Counted from the stretch's first letter, positions 32,941 to 50,669 are shown. The stretch: 64,000 nucleotides of DNA from Escherichia coli (GCF_024502345.1 NZ_JALDNN010000001.1); one strand, 5' to 3'. A program made the numbers and translations. The notes: generated by a model not told the origin, from the sequence alone.

Positions 32941-33546
32941 ATGATTAAATTCCGGCTTTATATTCCCCCTGTAATTCTCGGTTTTGTTATCGTGCCATTA
33001 TTGGTATGGCCGACGGTTATTGTCTTAGCCGTACTTATATTCACGTTAACTTTTCTGGCAGAAATAATATTCTCCTTTCCGCTCCTGGTTGTACGTATTT
33101 CTCTTCAGGAATTACAACTTGAGTTAATGGTTGAATATGCACTTTTTTTCAGTGTAATGGCTGGCATCGGTTGGCAATTCTCCCGCAGAACGCCTCCTGA
33201 ATTAAAAAACAGACTGCATTGCTGGCTGGTCTTTTCGCCGGTCTATTTCTGGTTAATTCTCTCGAATTTCATTCTTTATATTTCTCCAGAGAAATCAGCG
33301 TTGCTGGAAAATATCCGAAATTTCTTTCTGACGTTTGTCTGGCCTCCCCTGAATTTTTCCCCTTTTTGGCCGCAGCCTTGGACTGATTTTGTCGGCCCGA
33401 TTAGTGCACAGCTTGGTTTTGCATTGGGATATTATTGCCATTGGTGCAGAAAAAATAGAAACCAGAGGAAGAAGTGGGGCGATTGGGTAACGTGCTTAAG
33501 TTTGGCGATTTTAGCTCAGGGGCCGTTATTCAATTATTTACAATGA
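32941..33546 (+). CDS. Fourth islet gene, small multi-pass membrane protein (201 aa), function unknown
   Basis: ORF starts 2 nt after the stop of the third gene; several hydrophobic segments (VILGFVIVPLLVWPTVIVLAVLIFTLTFLAEIIF; WLVFSPVYFWLILSNFILYI); lowest G+C of the islet by eye. Confidence 0.7.
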   Translation: MIKFRLYIPPVILGFVIVPLLVWPTVIVLAVLIFTLTFLAEIIFSFPLLVVRISLQELQLELMVEYALFFSVMAGIGWQFSRRTPPELKNRLHCWLVFSPVYFWLILSNFILYISPEKSALLENIRNFFLTFVWPPLNFSPFWPQPWTDFVGPISAQLGFALGYYCHWCRKNRNQRKKWGDWVTCLSLAILAQGPLFNYLQ

Positions 33547-33567
33547 ATAGTCTAAGGAATCCAAATA

Positions 33568-33590
33568 GCCCGGTTGCACTTCAACCGGGC
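33568..33590. terminator. Perfect hairpin between the convergent islet operon and glpD
   Basis: Stem gcccggttg / caaccgggc (9 bp) with 5-nt loop; lies between the stop of the fourth islet gene (33546) and the glpD stop (33598); no strong U-tract. Confidence 0.45.
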
Positions 33591-33597
33591 ATCATCC

Positions 33598-35103
33598 TTA
33601 CGACGCCAGCGACAACTTCTGCTGCGTATATTCCACCAGCCACTGACTCACACGAGATTGTTGATCCGCATTCAGCCACATGCCTTGTTTTGTGCGACGC
33701 CAAAGGGCATCGTCGGTGCGGCGGACCCATTCGTGATCCACCAGGTATTTCAGTTCCGCTTCGTAGAACTCATGACCGAAATCCTCCCCGAGGTCGCTTA
33801 TCGCCCCCGCATTGCCGAGCAGCAGCTCGCTGTTGCTGCCGTAAGTGCGTGCGTAATGACGCGCCAGCGATTCAGTCAGGAATGGATAGCGACGGCGCAG
33901 ACGAGCTGCGTAATCGTCGCGGTCGCCTTCAATGGCACCACCCGGCAGCACGCTCTCTTTCGTCCATGCCGGGCCAATGCCCTGATAATACGGCGTCAGT
34001 TTTTCCAGCGCATGTTCCGCCAGTTTGCGGTAGGTGGTCAACTTACCGCCGAATACCGACAGCAGCGGTGCTTTGCCGTTTTCATCATGGATATCAAGGG
34101 TGTAATCACGGGTAATAGCCTGCGGCGAGTCGGACTCATCATCACACAGCGGACGCACACCGGAGTAGGTCCAGACGATATCGTCACGGCTTAACTGCTT
34201 TTTAAAGTGCGTGTTATACACTTTCAGCAGGTAATTGATTTCACTCTCTTCAATCTTCACCGCTTTCGGATCGCCTTTGTATTCCACATCGGTGGTGCCG
34301 ATGATGGAAAACTCGTCCATCCACGGGATCACGAACACAATGCGTTTATCTTCGTTTTGCAGAATGTAGGCCTGCTTTTGGGTATGCACGCGCGGCACCA
34401 CAATATGGCTGCCTTTGATCAGGCGAATGCCATAAGGCGAAGGCAGATGCATCCCGTCGTCGAAGAACTGTTTCACCCACGGGCCGGTGGCGTTAACCAA
34501 GCCGCGCGCTTGCCAGCTATATTTTTTGCCGGTATCGATATCTTCCGCTTCCACAATCCACAGGCCGTTTTCGCGGCGAGCAGAGGTGGCGCGAGTCCGA
34601 GTAAGCACTTCGCCGCCTTTACGCACCACCATCTGGGCGTTGGCGAGTACCAGACGGGCGTCGTCTACCCAACAGTCAGAATATTCGAATCCGCGCTTAA
34701 TTTCCGGTTTTAACACTGAATTTGCGCCAAAACGCAAACCGGTTGATCCCGGCAGGCTGGTGCGTTTACCCAGATGATCGTACATAAACAGACCAATGCG
34801 AATCATCCACGCCGGGCGCAGATGCGGACGATGTGGCAGGCGAAAACGCATCGGGAAGGCGATATGCGGAGCCATTTTCAGCAGCACTTCACGTTCAGCC
34901 AGCGCCTCGCTGACCAGGCGGAATTCATAGTGCTCAAGGTAGCGCAGGCCACCGTGAATGAGTTTTGAACTGGCGGAAGAGGTCGCGCAAGCGAGATCCT
35001 GCGCCTCCAGCATCAGCACGGATAAACCGCGTCCAGCGGCGTCTGCCGCGATACCAGCACCATTGATGCCGCCACCTATCACAATCAGATCTTTGGTTTC
35101 CAT
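33598..35103 (-). CDS. glpD: Aerobic sn-glycerol-3-phosphate dehydrogenase
   Basis: ORF track 33598..35118; start set at ATG 35103 (METKDLIVIGGGINGAGIA...), 501 aa; FAD-binding GGGINGAG. Confidence 0.95.
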   Translation of the reverse strand: METKDLIVIGGGINGAGIAADAAGRGLSVLMLEAQDLACATSSASSKLIHGGLRYLEHYEFRLVSEALAEREVLLKMAPHIAFPMRFRLPHRPHLRPAWMIRIGLFMYDHLGKRTSLPGSTGLRFGANSVLKPEIKRGFEYSDCWVDDARLVLANAQMVVRKGGEVLTRTRATSARRENGLWIVEAEDIDTGKKYSWQARGLVNATGPWVKQFFDDGMHLPSPYGIRLIKGSHIVVPRVHTQKQAYILQNEDKRIVFVIPWMDEFSIIGTTDVEYKGDPKAVKIEESEINYLLKVYNTHFKKQLSRDDIVWTYSGVRPLCDDESDSPQAITRDYTLDIHDENGKAPLLSVFGGKLTTYRKLAEHALEKLTPYYQGIGPAWTKESVLPGGAIEGDRDDYAARLRRRYPFLTESLARHYARTYGSNSELLLGNAGAISDLGEDFGHEFYEAELKYLVDHEWVRRTDDALWRRTKQGMWLNADQQSRVSQWLVEYTQQKLSLAS

Positions 35104-35214
35104 GCTGCCCTCATTCACTTTCGTTAAAGCTCATAAATGTTCGTTATCGAACATATTAGCAAAGAATCGCCCTTTAGGTAACATTGAAAAAACATTTTAG
35201 AGTGATATGTATAA

Positions 35215-35619
<405 letters not shown>

Positions 35620-35651
35620 CGCTTTATACTGTCCCCTTTTGTGTGGAATAA

Positions 35652-36494
<843 letters not shown>

Positions 36495-36510
36495 TTCCAG
36501 GGATTTATAA

Positions 36511-37269
36511 ATGAAACAAACACAACGTCACAACGGTATTATCGAACTGGTTAAACAGCAGGGTTATGTCAGTACTGAAGAGCTGGTAGAGCATTTCTCC
36601 GTCAGCCCGCAGACTATTCGCCGCGACCTCAATGAGCTGGCGGAGCAAAACCTGATCCTGCGTCACCATGGCGGTGCGGCGCTGCCTTCCAGTTCGGTTA
36701 ACACGCCGTGGCACGATCGTAAAGCCACCCAGACCGAAGAAAAAGAGCGTATTGCCCGCAAAGTGGCGGAGCAAATCCCCAACGGCTCGACGCTGTTTAT
36801 CGATATCGGCACCACCCCGGAAGCGGTGGCGCACGCGCTGCTTAATCACAGCAATTTGCGCATTGTCACCAACAATCTCAACGTCGCTAACACGTTGATG
36901 GTAAAAGAAGATTTTCGCATTATTCTCGCCGGTGGCGAATTACGTAGCCGCGATGGTGGGATCATAGGTGAAGCGACGCTCGATTTTATCTCCCAGTTCC
37001 GCCTTGATTTCGGCATTCTGGGGATAAGCGGCATCGATAGCGACGGCTCGCTGCTGGAGTTCGATTACCACGAAGTTCGCACCAAACGCGCCATTATTGA
37101 GAACTCGCGCCACGTTATGCTGGTTGTCGATCACTCGAAATTTGGCCGTAACGCGATGGTCAATATGGGCAGCATCAGCATGGTAGATGCCGTCTACACC
37201 GACGCCCAGCCGCCAGTAAGCGTGATGCAGGTGCTGACGGACCACCATATTCAACTGGAGCTGTGCTGA
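36511..37269 (+). CDS. glpR: glp regulon repressor (DeoR family)
   Basis: 252-aa ORF; DeoR-type HTH (RHNGIIELVKQQGYVSTEELVEHF); its 3' end overlaps the rtcR 3' end by 19 bp (convergent). Confidence 0.95.
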   Translation: MKQTQRHNGIIELVKQQGYVSTEELVEHFSVSPQTIRRDLNELAEQNLILRHHGGAALPSSSVNTPWHDRKATQTEEKERIARKVAEQIPNGSTLFIDIGTTPEAVAHALLNHSNLRIVTNNLNVANTLMVKEDFRIILAGGELRSRDGGIIGEATLDFISQFRLDFGILGISGIDSDGSLLEFDYHEVRTKRAIIENSRHVMLVVDHSKFGRNAMVNMGSISMVDAVYTDAQPPVSVMQVLTDHHIQLELC

Positions 37270-38849
37270 TCCTGCAATGCTTCCCAGGTCAGACCAAAAC
37301 GCGCCAGGTATTTGCGTAGCCGATCCGCGTCATTGACGCTGGCTTTGCCCTGGCGCGAAACATCAAAAAGCTGTCGTCCGGCAGCAGAAAGCGACTTTGC
37401 CTGGCGGCAGATAGCGATAACGTGTTCCAGTTGCATACGGTCGAAGAGATCGATGTTTTCTGCCTCTGCGCCCAGCAACGCCGTAAGCGCGGAGGGGCGG
37501 CTCTCCTGCCAGTTAAAGCGCAGACGGTTTATCTCATCTTCAACCACGTCCAGAGTAATGCGTCCGCTAGAGGCAAAGGTTGCCATTCGCGTGACGCTGG
37601 CAGAAAGCTCGCGAAAGTTACCGCGCCATGTTGCCTGGGGAGATGTCGCAAAGGCCAGCCAGGCGCGCCGCGCTTCGGTGTTAAAACGCACGCTGTCGCC
37701 GGTGAGTGAAGCGTGGCGCTCCACTTCATAATCCAGGTTAGGTTCAATATCTTCCTGGCGCTGGCGTAGCCCCGGCAGGGTGAAGGTCCAGAGATTGATC
37801 CGCGCGTACAGGTCTTCGCGAAATTTTCCTTCGGCAACCAGCTGGCGCAAATCACGCACCGTTCCGGCGATAAGCTGAAAATCACTGCTCACCTGGCGAT
37901 CGCTGCCAAACGGATAAAAGGTTTTTTCTTCAATGGCTTTAAGCAGCATTGCCTGTTCGTCTGCGCCCAGTTCGCCAATCTCATCAAGAAACAACATTCC
38001 ACCGTTGGCGCTACGTAATAATCCTTCACGGGATTCCCGCGCCCCGGTAAACGCGCCTTTTACATGACCAAACAGCGTCGACATGGCGGTATCGCCGCGC
38101 AGGGTTGCGCAGTTCACTTCCACAAACGCGCCGCTAAACTGATGCCGCGCCTGTTTTAATTCAAATATACGTCGCGCCAGAAATGACTTGCCCGCACCGG
38201 TTGGGCCGTTTAGCAGGATCGGTGCGCGGGATTTAATCGCCACTTTTTCAATCTGCTCAATCATGCGGTTGAAGTGCGGGTTACGCGTGGCAATGCCGGA
38301 CTTAAGAAAATCAAGCGTTTGCTGGCGTTCCTCGGCAAAGCGGCTGGCGATGGCGTTATAACGGCTTAAATCGAGATCGATAATCGTCACTTCACCTGCG
38401 CCGCGCGGCTGTTCTTTTTTGCGCGGAGGTGAAGATTGTATCAACCGGGCGGGCAGGTAACGCGCTTCCGCCAGCAGAAACCAGCAAATCTGCGCGACGT
38501 GGGTGCCGGTGGTGATGTGAATTAAATAGTCTTCTTTTTCTGGCTGAAACTCGTAACCACGGGCGAAATCATGCAGGCAGGCGTAAACCTCTTCGAAATC
38601 CCACGGGTTATGCAGTTCAATCTCAACGCTCACCACTTCTGTTTCTGGCGAAACGCTGGCGATATCGCGTTTAAGCGTTTCAAATAGCGAGCGCGAGCGG
38701 GCGTCATGCAATAATTCCAGTCGATCGATGACCAACGATTCTTGCTGGCATAAACAGAGTGTCGGACGCCATTTCGACCAGCGCTGACTGCCGCGCCCGG
38801 CATAATCCAGCACCGTTCCGACAAAGCCAAAAGCCACTGTTTTACGCAT
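37251..38849 (-). CDS. rtcR: Sigma54-dependent transcriptional activator of rtcBA
   Basis: 532-aa ORF; AAA+ sigma54-interaction motifs (GPTGAGKS; GAFTGA); divergent from rtcBA. Confidence 0.9.
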   Translation of the reverse strand: MRKTVAFGFVGTVLDYAGRGSQRWSKWRPTLCLCQQESLVIDRLELLHDARSRSLFETLKRDIASVSPETEVVSVEIELHNPWDFEEVYACLHDFARGYEFQPEKEDYLIHITTGTHVAQICWFLLAEARYLPARLIQSSPPRKKEQPRGAGEVTIIDLDLSRYNAIASRFAEERQQTLDFLKSGIATRNPHFNRMIEQIEKVAIKSRAPILLNGPTGAGKSFLARRIFELKQARHQFSGAFVEVNCATLRGDTAMSTLFGHVKGAFTGARESREGLLRSANGGMLFLDEIGELGADEQAMLLKAIEEKTFYPFGSDRQVSSDFQLIAGTVRDLRQLVAEGKFREDLYARINLWTFTLPGLRQRQEDIEPNLDYEVERHASLTGDSVRFNTEARRAWLAFATSPQATWRGNFRELSASVTRMATFASSGRITLDVVEDEINRLRFNWQESRPSALTALLGAEAENIDLFDRMQLEHVIAICRQAKSLSAAGRQLFDVSRQGKASVNDADRLRKYLARFGLTWEALQDQHSSS

Positions 38850-38983
38850 CTTAGATATCCTTATAAAAGACGATATTTCATTATCGGTGAATTGGTTTTG
38901 TGGAAAATCTCCGTTTACGGACGTAAAGATTTAACCTATTTAAAAACAATGAATTAAAAAATTAATCTGCTTATTTAATTTTC

Positions 38984-38999
38984 TGGCACGACGGTTGCA
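38984..38999 (+). promoter_or_regulatory. Sigma54 (-24/-12) promoter for rtcBA
   Basis: tggcacgacggttgca = TGGCAC-N5-TTGCA consensus, about 40 bp upstream of the rtcB ATG. Confidence 0.65.
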
Positions 39000-39037
39000 A
39001 TTATCACGACAGCAAACAACGAAAAGAGAAAAACAAA

Positions 39038-40264
39038 ATGAATTACGAATTACTGACCACTGAAAATGCCCCGGTAAAAATGTGGACCAAAGGCGTGCCG
39101 GTAGAAGCCGATGCGCGTCAGCAACTTATTAATACGGCGAAGATGCCGTTTATTTTCAAACATATTGCGGTAATGCCTGATGTACACCTGGGTAAAGGTT
39201 CCACCATTGGTAGCGTGATCCCGACCAAAGGGGCGATTATTCCGGCGGCGGTGGGCGTGGATATTGGCTGTGGAATGAACGCGCTGCGTACCGCGTTAAC
39301 GGCGGCAGACCTGCCTGAAAACCTGGCAGAGCTGCGTCAGGCGATTGAAACTGCGGTGCCGCACGGACGTACCACTGGCCGTTGTAAACGTGATAAAGGC
39401 GCATGGGAAAACCCGCCTGTTAACGTCGATGCGAAATGGGCTGAGCTTGAAGCCGATTATCAGTGGTTAACGCAAAAATATCCGCGTTTCCTTAACACTA
39501 ACAACTATAAACACCTGGGAACGCTGGGAACGGGTAACCACTTTATTGAAATCTGCCTTGATGAGTCGGACCAGGTGTGGATTATGCTGCACTCCGGTTC
39601 ACGCGGAATTGGTAACGCCATCGGGACTTACTTTATCGATTTGGCACAAAAAGAGATGCAGGACCAGCTTGAAACGTTGCCATCGCGCGACCTGGCGTAC
39701 TTTATGGAAGGTACGGAATACTTTGATGATTACCTAAGAGCCGTGGCCTGGGCGCAGCTTTTCGCCAGCCTTAACCGCGATGCGATGATGGAAAACGTGG
39801 TAACGGCGTTGCAGAGCATTACGCAGAAAACGGTCAGACAGCCACAAACGCTGGCGATGGAAGAGATCAACTGTCACCACAACTATGTGCAAAAAGAACA
39901 GCACTTTGGTGAAGAGATCTACGTGACGCGTAAAGGCGCGGTGTCTGCGCGTGCTGGTCAATATGGAATTATTCCCGGTTCGATGGGAGCAAAAAGCTTT
40001 ATCGTCCGTGGGCTGGGAAATGAAGAGTCGTTCTGTTCGTGCAGCCACGGTGCCGGGCGGGTAATGAGCCGTACTAAAGCGAAAAAACTGTTCAGCGTGG
40101 AAGATCAAATTCGTGCTACCGCGCATGTGGAATGCCGTAAAGATGCCGAAGTGATCGACGAAATCCCGATGGCGTATAAAGATATTGATGCGGTGATGGC
40201 GGCACAAAGCGATCTGGTGGAAGTTATCTACACCCTGCGTCAGGTGGTGTGCGTAAAAGGATAA
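39038..40264 (+). CDS. rtcB: RNA-splicing ligase RtcB
   Basis: 408-aa ORF recalled as RtcB; divergent from rtcR. Confidence 0.95.
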   Translation: MNYELLTTENAPVKMWTKGVPVEADARQQLINTAKMPFIFKHIAVMPDVHLGKGSTIGSVIPTKGAIIPAAVGVDIGCGMNALRTALTAADLPENLAELRQAIETAVPHGRTTGRCKRDKGAWENPPVNVDAKWAELEADYQWLTQKYPRFLNTNNYKHLGTLGTGNHFIEICLDESDQVWIMLHSGSRGIGNAIGTYFIDLAQKEMQDQLETLPSRDLAYFMEGTEYFDDYLRAVAWAQLFASLNRDAMMENVVTALQSITQKTVRQPQTLAMEEINCHHNYVQKEQHFGEEIYVTRKGAVSARAGQYGIIPGSMGAKSFIVRGLGNEESFCSCSHGAGRVMSRTKAKKLFSVEDQIRATAHVECRKDAEVIDEIPMAYKDIDAVMAAQSDLVEVIYTLRQVVCVKG

Positions 40265-41284
<1,020 letters not shown>

Positions 41285-41326
41285 TGTAAAGATGTAAGCC
41301 GGATCCAATGCATTATCCGGCTAAAC

Positions 41327-44038
<2,712 letters not shown>

Positions 44039-44530
44039 TCACTTCACTGTGGAAAATGAGGAAATATTATTTTTTTTTGCGCTTCGTAATTAATGGTTAT
44101 AAGGTCGGCCAGAAACCTTTCTAATGCAAGCGATGACGTTTTTTTATGTGTCTGAATTTGCACTGTGTCACAATTCCAAATCTTTATTAACAACTCACCT
44201 AAAACGACGCTGATCCAGCGTGAATACTGGTTTCCCTTATGTTCATCAGATTCATTTAAGCAAGGGTTTCTTCTTCATTCCTGATGAAAGTGCCATCTAT
44301 AAAGATGATCTTAATAAATCTATTAAGAATGAGATGGAGCACACTGGATATTTTACTTGTGAAACTGTTTCACTCCTTTACTTAATTTATAGAGTTACCT
44401 TCCGCTTTTTGAAAATACGCAACGGCCATTTTTTGCACTTAGATACAGATTTTCTGCGCTGTATTGCATTGATTTGCTGCTAATCCTGTGGTTTGCACTA
44501 GCTTTAAGTGGTTGAGATCACATTTCCTTG

Positions 44531-44576
44531 CTCATCCCCGCAACTCCTCCCTGCCTAATCCCCCGCAGGATGAGGA
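44531..44576 (+). promoter_or_regulatory. malPQ promoter region with MalT boxes
   Basis: Three copies of the MalT box GGA(T/G)GA in the two orientations: ctcatccccg, ctcctccc and ggatgagga (44568-44576), about 70-110 bp upstream of the malP ATG. Confidence 0.55.
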
Positions 44577-44620
44577 AGGTCAACATCGAGCCTGGCAAAC
44601 TAGCGATAACGTTGTGTTGA

Positions 44621-47038
<2,418 letters not shown>

Positions 47039-47047
47039 GGAAGCTCG

Positions 47048-49132
47048 ATGGAAAGCAAACGTCTGGATAATGCCGCGCTGGCGGCGGGGATTAGCCCCAA
47101 TTACATCAATGCCCACGGTAAACCGCAGTCGATTAGCGCCGAAACCAAACGGCGTTTGCTTGACGCGATGCATCAACGTACCGCCACGAAAGTGGCGGTA
47201 ACGCCAGTCCCGAATGTCATGGTTTATACCAGCGGCAAAAAAATGCCGATGGTGGTGGAGGGCAGCGGCGAATATAGCTGGCTGCTGACCACCGAAGAAG
47301 GAACACAGTACAAAGGCCATGTAACGGGGGGCAAAGCGTTCAATCTACCGACGAAGTTGCCGGAAGGTTATCACACGCTGACACTCACCCAGGACGACCA
47401 GCGCGCGCATTGCCGGGTGATTGTCGCCCCGAAACGCTGTTACGAACCGCAGGCGTTGCTGAATAAACAAAAGCTGTGGGGTGCCTGCGTTCAGCTTTAT
47501 ACGCTGCGATCGGAAAAAAACTGGGGTATTGGGGATTTTGGCGATCTCAAAGCGATGCTGGTGGATGTGGCAAAACGTGGCGGGTCGTTCATCGGCCTGA
47601 ACCCGATTCATGCGCTCTATCCGGCAAATCCGGAGAGTGCCAGCCCATACAGCCCGTCTTCTCGCCGTTGGCTGAATGTGATTTATATCGACGTTAACGC
47701 CGTTGAAGATTTCCATCTTAGCGAAGAGGCTCAGGCCTGGTGGCAGTTGCCGACCACGCAACAGACGCTGCAACAGGCGCGCGATGCCGACTGGGTCGAT
47801 TACTCCACGGTTACCGCCCTAAAAATGACAGCATTACGAATGGCGTGGAAAGGTTTCGCGCAACGTGATGATGAGCAGATGGCCGCGTTTCGCCAGTTTG
47901 TTGCAGAGCAGGGCGACAGCCTGTTCTGGCAGGCAGCCTTTGATGCGCTACATGCCCAGCAAGTGAAAGAGGACGAAATGCGCTGGGGCTGGCCTGCATG
48001 GCCAGAGATGTATCAGAACGTGGATTCACCAGAAGTGCGTCAGTTCTGCGAAGAACATCGTAATGACGTCGATTTTTATCTCTGGTTGCAGTGGCTGGCT
48101 TACAGCCAGTTTGCCGCCTGCTGGGAGATAAGCCAGGGCTATGAAATGCCGATTGGCTTGTATCGTGATCTGGCGGTTGGCGTAGCGGAAGGTGGGGCGG
48201 AAACCTGGTGTGACCGTGAACTATATTGCCTGAAAGCGTCGGTTGGCGCGCCGCCGGATATCCTCGGCCCGTTGGGGCAGAACTGGGGATTACCGCCAAT
48301 GGACCCGCATATCATCACCGCGCGTGCCTATGAACCGTTTATCGAGCTGTTGCGTGCCAATATGCAAAACTGCGGCGCATTACGAATTGACCATGTGATG
48401 TCGATGCTGCGTTTGTGGTGGATACCGTATGGCGAGACGGCAGATCAGGGCGCGTATGTTCACTATCCGGTGGATGATCTGCTCTCGATTCTGGCACTCG
48501 AAAGTAAACGTCATCGCTGTATGGTGATTGGTGAAGATCTCGGTACCGTACCGGTAGAGATTGTCGGTAAGCTGCGCAGCAGCGGTGTGTACTCCTACAA
48601 AGTGCTCTATTTCGAAAACGACCACGAGAAGACGTTCCGTGCACCGAAAGCGTATCCGGAGCAGTCGATGGCGGTTGCGGCGACACATGACCTGCCTACG
48701 CTACGCGGCTACTGGGAGAGCGGGGATCTAACGCTGGGCAAAACCCTGGGGCTGTATCCGGATGAAGTGGTACTGCGCGGTCTGTATCAGGATCGCGAAC
48801 TGGCGAAGCAAGGGCTGCTGGATGCACTGCATAAATATGGTTGTCTGCCAAAACGTGCCGGGCATAAGGCATCGTTGATGTCGATGACGCCGACGCTGAA
48901 CCGTGGTTTGCAGCGCTACATTGCCGACAGTAACAGTGCTCTGTTAGGACTACAGCCGGAAGACTGGCTGGATATGGCCGAACCGGTGAATATTCCTGGC
49001 ACCAGTTACCAGTATAAAAACTGGCGACGCAAGCTTTCCGCAACGCTTGAGACGATGTTTGCCGATGATGGCGTGAACAAGTTGCTGAAGGATTTGGACA
49101 GACGGCGCAGAGCTGCAGCGAAGAAGAAGTAG
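47048..49132 (+). CDS. malQ: 4-alpha-glucanotransferase (amylomaltase)
   Basis: 694-aa ORF immediately after malP. Confidence 0.95.
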   Translation: MESKRLDNAALAAGISPNYINAHGKPQSISAETKRRLLDAMHQRTATKVAVTPVPNVMVYTSGKKMPMVVEGSGEYSWLLTTEEGTQYKGHVTGGKAFNLPTKLPEGYHTLTLTQDDQRAHCRVIVAPKRCYEPQALLNKQKLWGACVQLYTLRSEKNWGIGDFGDLKAMLVDVAKRGGSFIGLNPIHALYPANPESASPYSPSSRRWLNVIYIDVNAVEDFHLSEEAQAWWQLPTTQQTLQQARDADWVDYSTVTALKMTALRMAWKGFAQRDDEQMAAFRQFVAEQGDSLFWQAAFDALHAQQVKEDEMRWGWPAWPEMYQNVDSPEVRQFCEEHRNDVDFYLWLQWLAYSQFAACWEISQGYEMPIGLYRDLAVGVAEGGAETWCDRELYCLKASVGAPPDILGPLGQNWGLPPMDPHIITARAYEPFIELLRANMQNCGALRIDHVMSMLRLWWIPYGETADQGAYVHYPVDDLLSILALESKRHRCMVIGEDLGTVPVEIVGKLRSSGVYSYKVLYFENDHEKTFRAPKAYPEQSMAVAATHDLPTLRGYWESGDLTLGKTLGLYPDEVVLRGLYQDRELAKQGLLDALHKYGCLPKRAGHKASLMSMTPTLNRGLQRYIADSNSALLGLQPEDWLDMAEPVNIPGTSYQYKNWRRKLSATLETMFADDGVNKLLKDLDRRRRAAAKKK

Positions 49133-49144
49133 AGTGCGGTTGAT

Positions 49145-49165
49145 GCCGGATGCGATGCATCCGGC
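49145..49165. repeat. REP-like palindrome / bidirectional terminator between convergent malQ and gntT
   Basis: gccggatgc gat gcatccggc: perfect 9-bp stem with 3-nt loop. Confidence 0.5.
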
Positions 49166-49176
49166 AGTCAGTGTTA

Positions 49177-50493
49177 TCAAATCACCATATTCAGCAGCAG
49201 ACAGCCTACCAGACCGCACACCGAGATAATGGTTTCCAGCATCGACCAGGATTTGATGGTCTCGCCGATAGTCAGGTTAAAGTACTCTTTGAACAGCCAG
49301 AAGCCTGGATCGTTCACATGAGAGAAAATCACACTACCGGAACCAACCGCAATAACCATTAGCTCCGGGCTAACACCCGTCGTTGCAATCAGCGGTGCCG
49401 CGATACCACCCGCAGTGATTGCCGCAACGGTTGCGGAACCCAGCGCGATACGCAGTACGGCAGCAATCGACCAGGCCATCAGCAGCGGAGAAATGTTGGT
49501 TTCGTGCATCATGGAAGCAATGTATTTGTCCACGCCGCTGTCTACCAGCACCTGCTTGAACGCACCGCCACCACCGATGATCAACAGCATCATCGCAATG
49601 ATTTTGATGGAAGAAACCAGCGTGTCGTTAATCTGATCCATTGAACGACCACGGTTTAGACCAAAGGTGAACATCGCAATCAGCACGGCAATCAGCGTAG
49701 CCATTACCGGGTCACCGAGGAACTCCGCTACCGGCAGGAAAGCGTGACCTTTCGGCAGGATCATTTCGGCAATCGCACGCATCGCCATCAGTACTACCGG
49801 CACCAGAGAGGTCCAGACGCTGACGCCAAAGCTCGGCATCTCTTCTTCGCTGAAGGTTTTCGCGCTGTAGAGACCTTCCGGAATTGGCTTATCGATACCT
49901 TTCAACACGCGAGCGTAAACCGGACCGGCGAGAATCACGGTCGGGATTGCCAGAATAGTACCGTACAGCAGGGTTTTACCCATGTCGGCATTGAAAATGG
50001 TGGCAATCGCAGTCGGACCCGGATGCGGTGGCAGGAAGCCGTGGGTCACAGACAGTGCAGCTGCCATTGGTACACCAACATACAGCAGTGGAATATTCGC
50101 AGAAGCCGCGATGGTAAACACCAGCGGCAGCATCAGCACAAAGCCCACTTCATAGAACAGGGCAAAACCAACGGTAAAACCGGTCAGTACCACCGCCCAC
50201 TGGATGTGTTTTTTACCAAATTTGGCAATCAGCGTGGTGGCGATACGTTGTGCGCCACCGCAGTCTGCCAGCATTTTGCCCAGCATTGCGCCAAAACCCA
50301 TGATCAGGGCAAGGCTACCGAGCGTCCCGCCGACACCGGCTTTGATGGAGCCAATAACTTTATCCAGCGGCATTCCTTGCATTAATCCAACAGCAAGCGC
50401 CACGAGGACGAGAGCGATGAAGCCGTTCATTTTGAAGCGGATCATCAGGAGTAATAACAAGATTACACCGATAGCAACAATGACTAATGGCAT
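49177..50493 (-). CDS. gntT: High-affinity gluconate transporter (GntP family)
   Basis: 438-aa polytopic ORF; paralogous to gntU in this window. Confidence 0.95.
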   Translation of the reverse strand: MPLVIVAIGVILLLLLMIRFKMNGFIALVLVALAVGLMQGMPLDKVIGSIKAGVGGTLGSLALIMGFGAMLGKMLADCGGAQRIATTLIAKFGKKHIQWAVVLTGFTVGFALFYEVGFVLMLPLVFTIAASANIPLLYVGVPMAAALSVTHGFLPPHPGPTAIATIFNADMGKTLLYGTILAIPTVILAGPVYARVLKGIDKPIPEGLYSAKTFSEEEMPSFGVSVWTSLVPVVLMAMRAIAEMILPKGHAFLPVAEFLGDPVMATLIAVLIAMFTFGLNRGRSMDQINDTLVSSIKIIAMMLLIIGGGGAFKQVLVDSGVDKYIASMMHETNISPLLMAWSIAAVLRIALGSATVAAITAGGIAAPLIATTGVSPELMVIAVGSGSVIFSHVNDPGFWLFKEYFNLTIGETIKSWSMLETIISVCGLVGCLLLNMVI

Positions 50494-50513
50494 GATTTAC
50501 CTGGCCTTTCATT

Positions 50514-50669
50514 TGTTATGGGTAACGTCAATTTTCTGACGACAAGCTCTAATTATCCCAATCGGGAACAGAGATATTGCGGCACCACGACTGATACCCA
50601 CTAAAACTAATTATTGTAGTCAGATGTCAGGAGTATGTTTGGTACCCATGTGAATGATACGGGTAACAT
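50514..50669 (-). promoter_or_regulatory. gntT promoter region with two GntR-operator-like sites
   Basis: tgttatgggtaacgtca (50514-50530) and atgatacgggtaacat (50654-50669) both contain the gttacccgtaac-type core seen in the gntK operator. Confidence 0.4.

Noticed and set aside
44220-44483. 87-aa GTG-initiated ORF in the 612-bp malT-malP intergenic region
   Set aside because: AT-rich, no convincing RBS, and it lies in the known divergent regulatory region of malT and malPQ; more likely non-coding control DNA than a gene.
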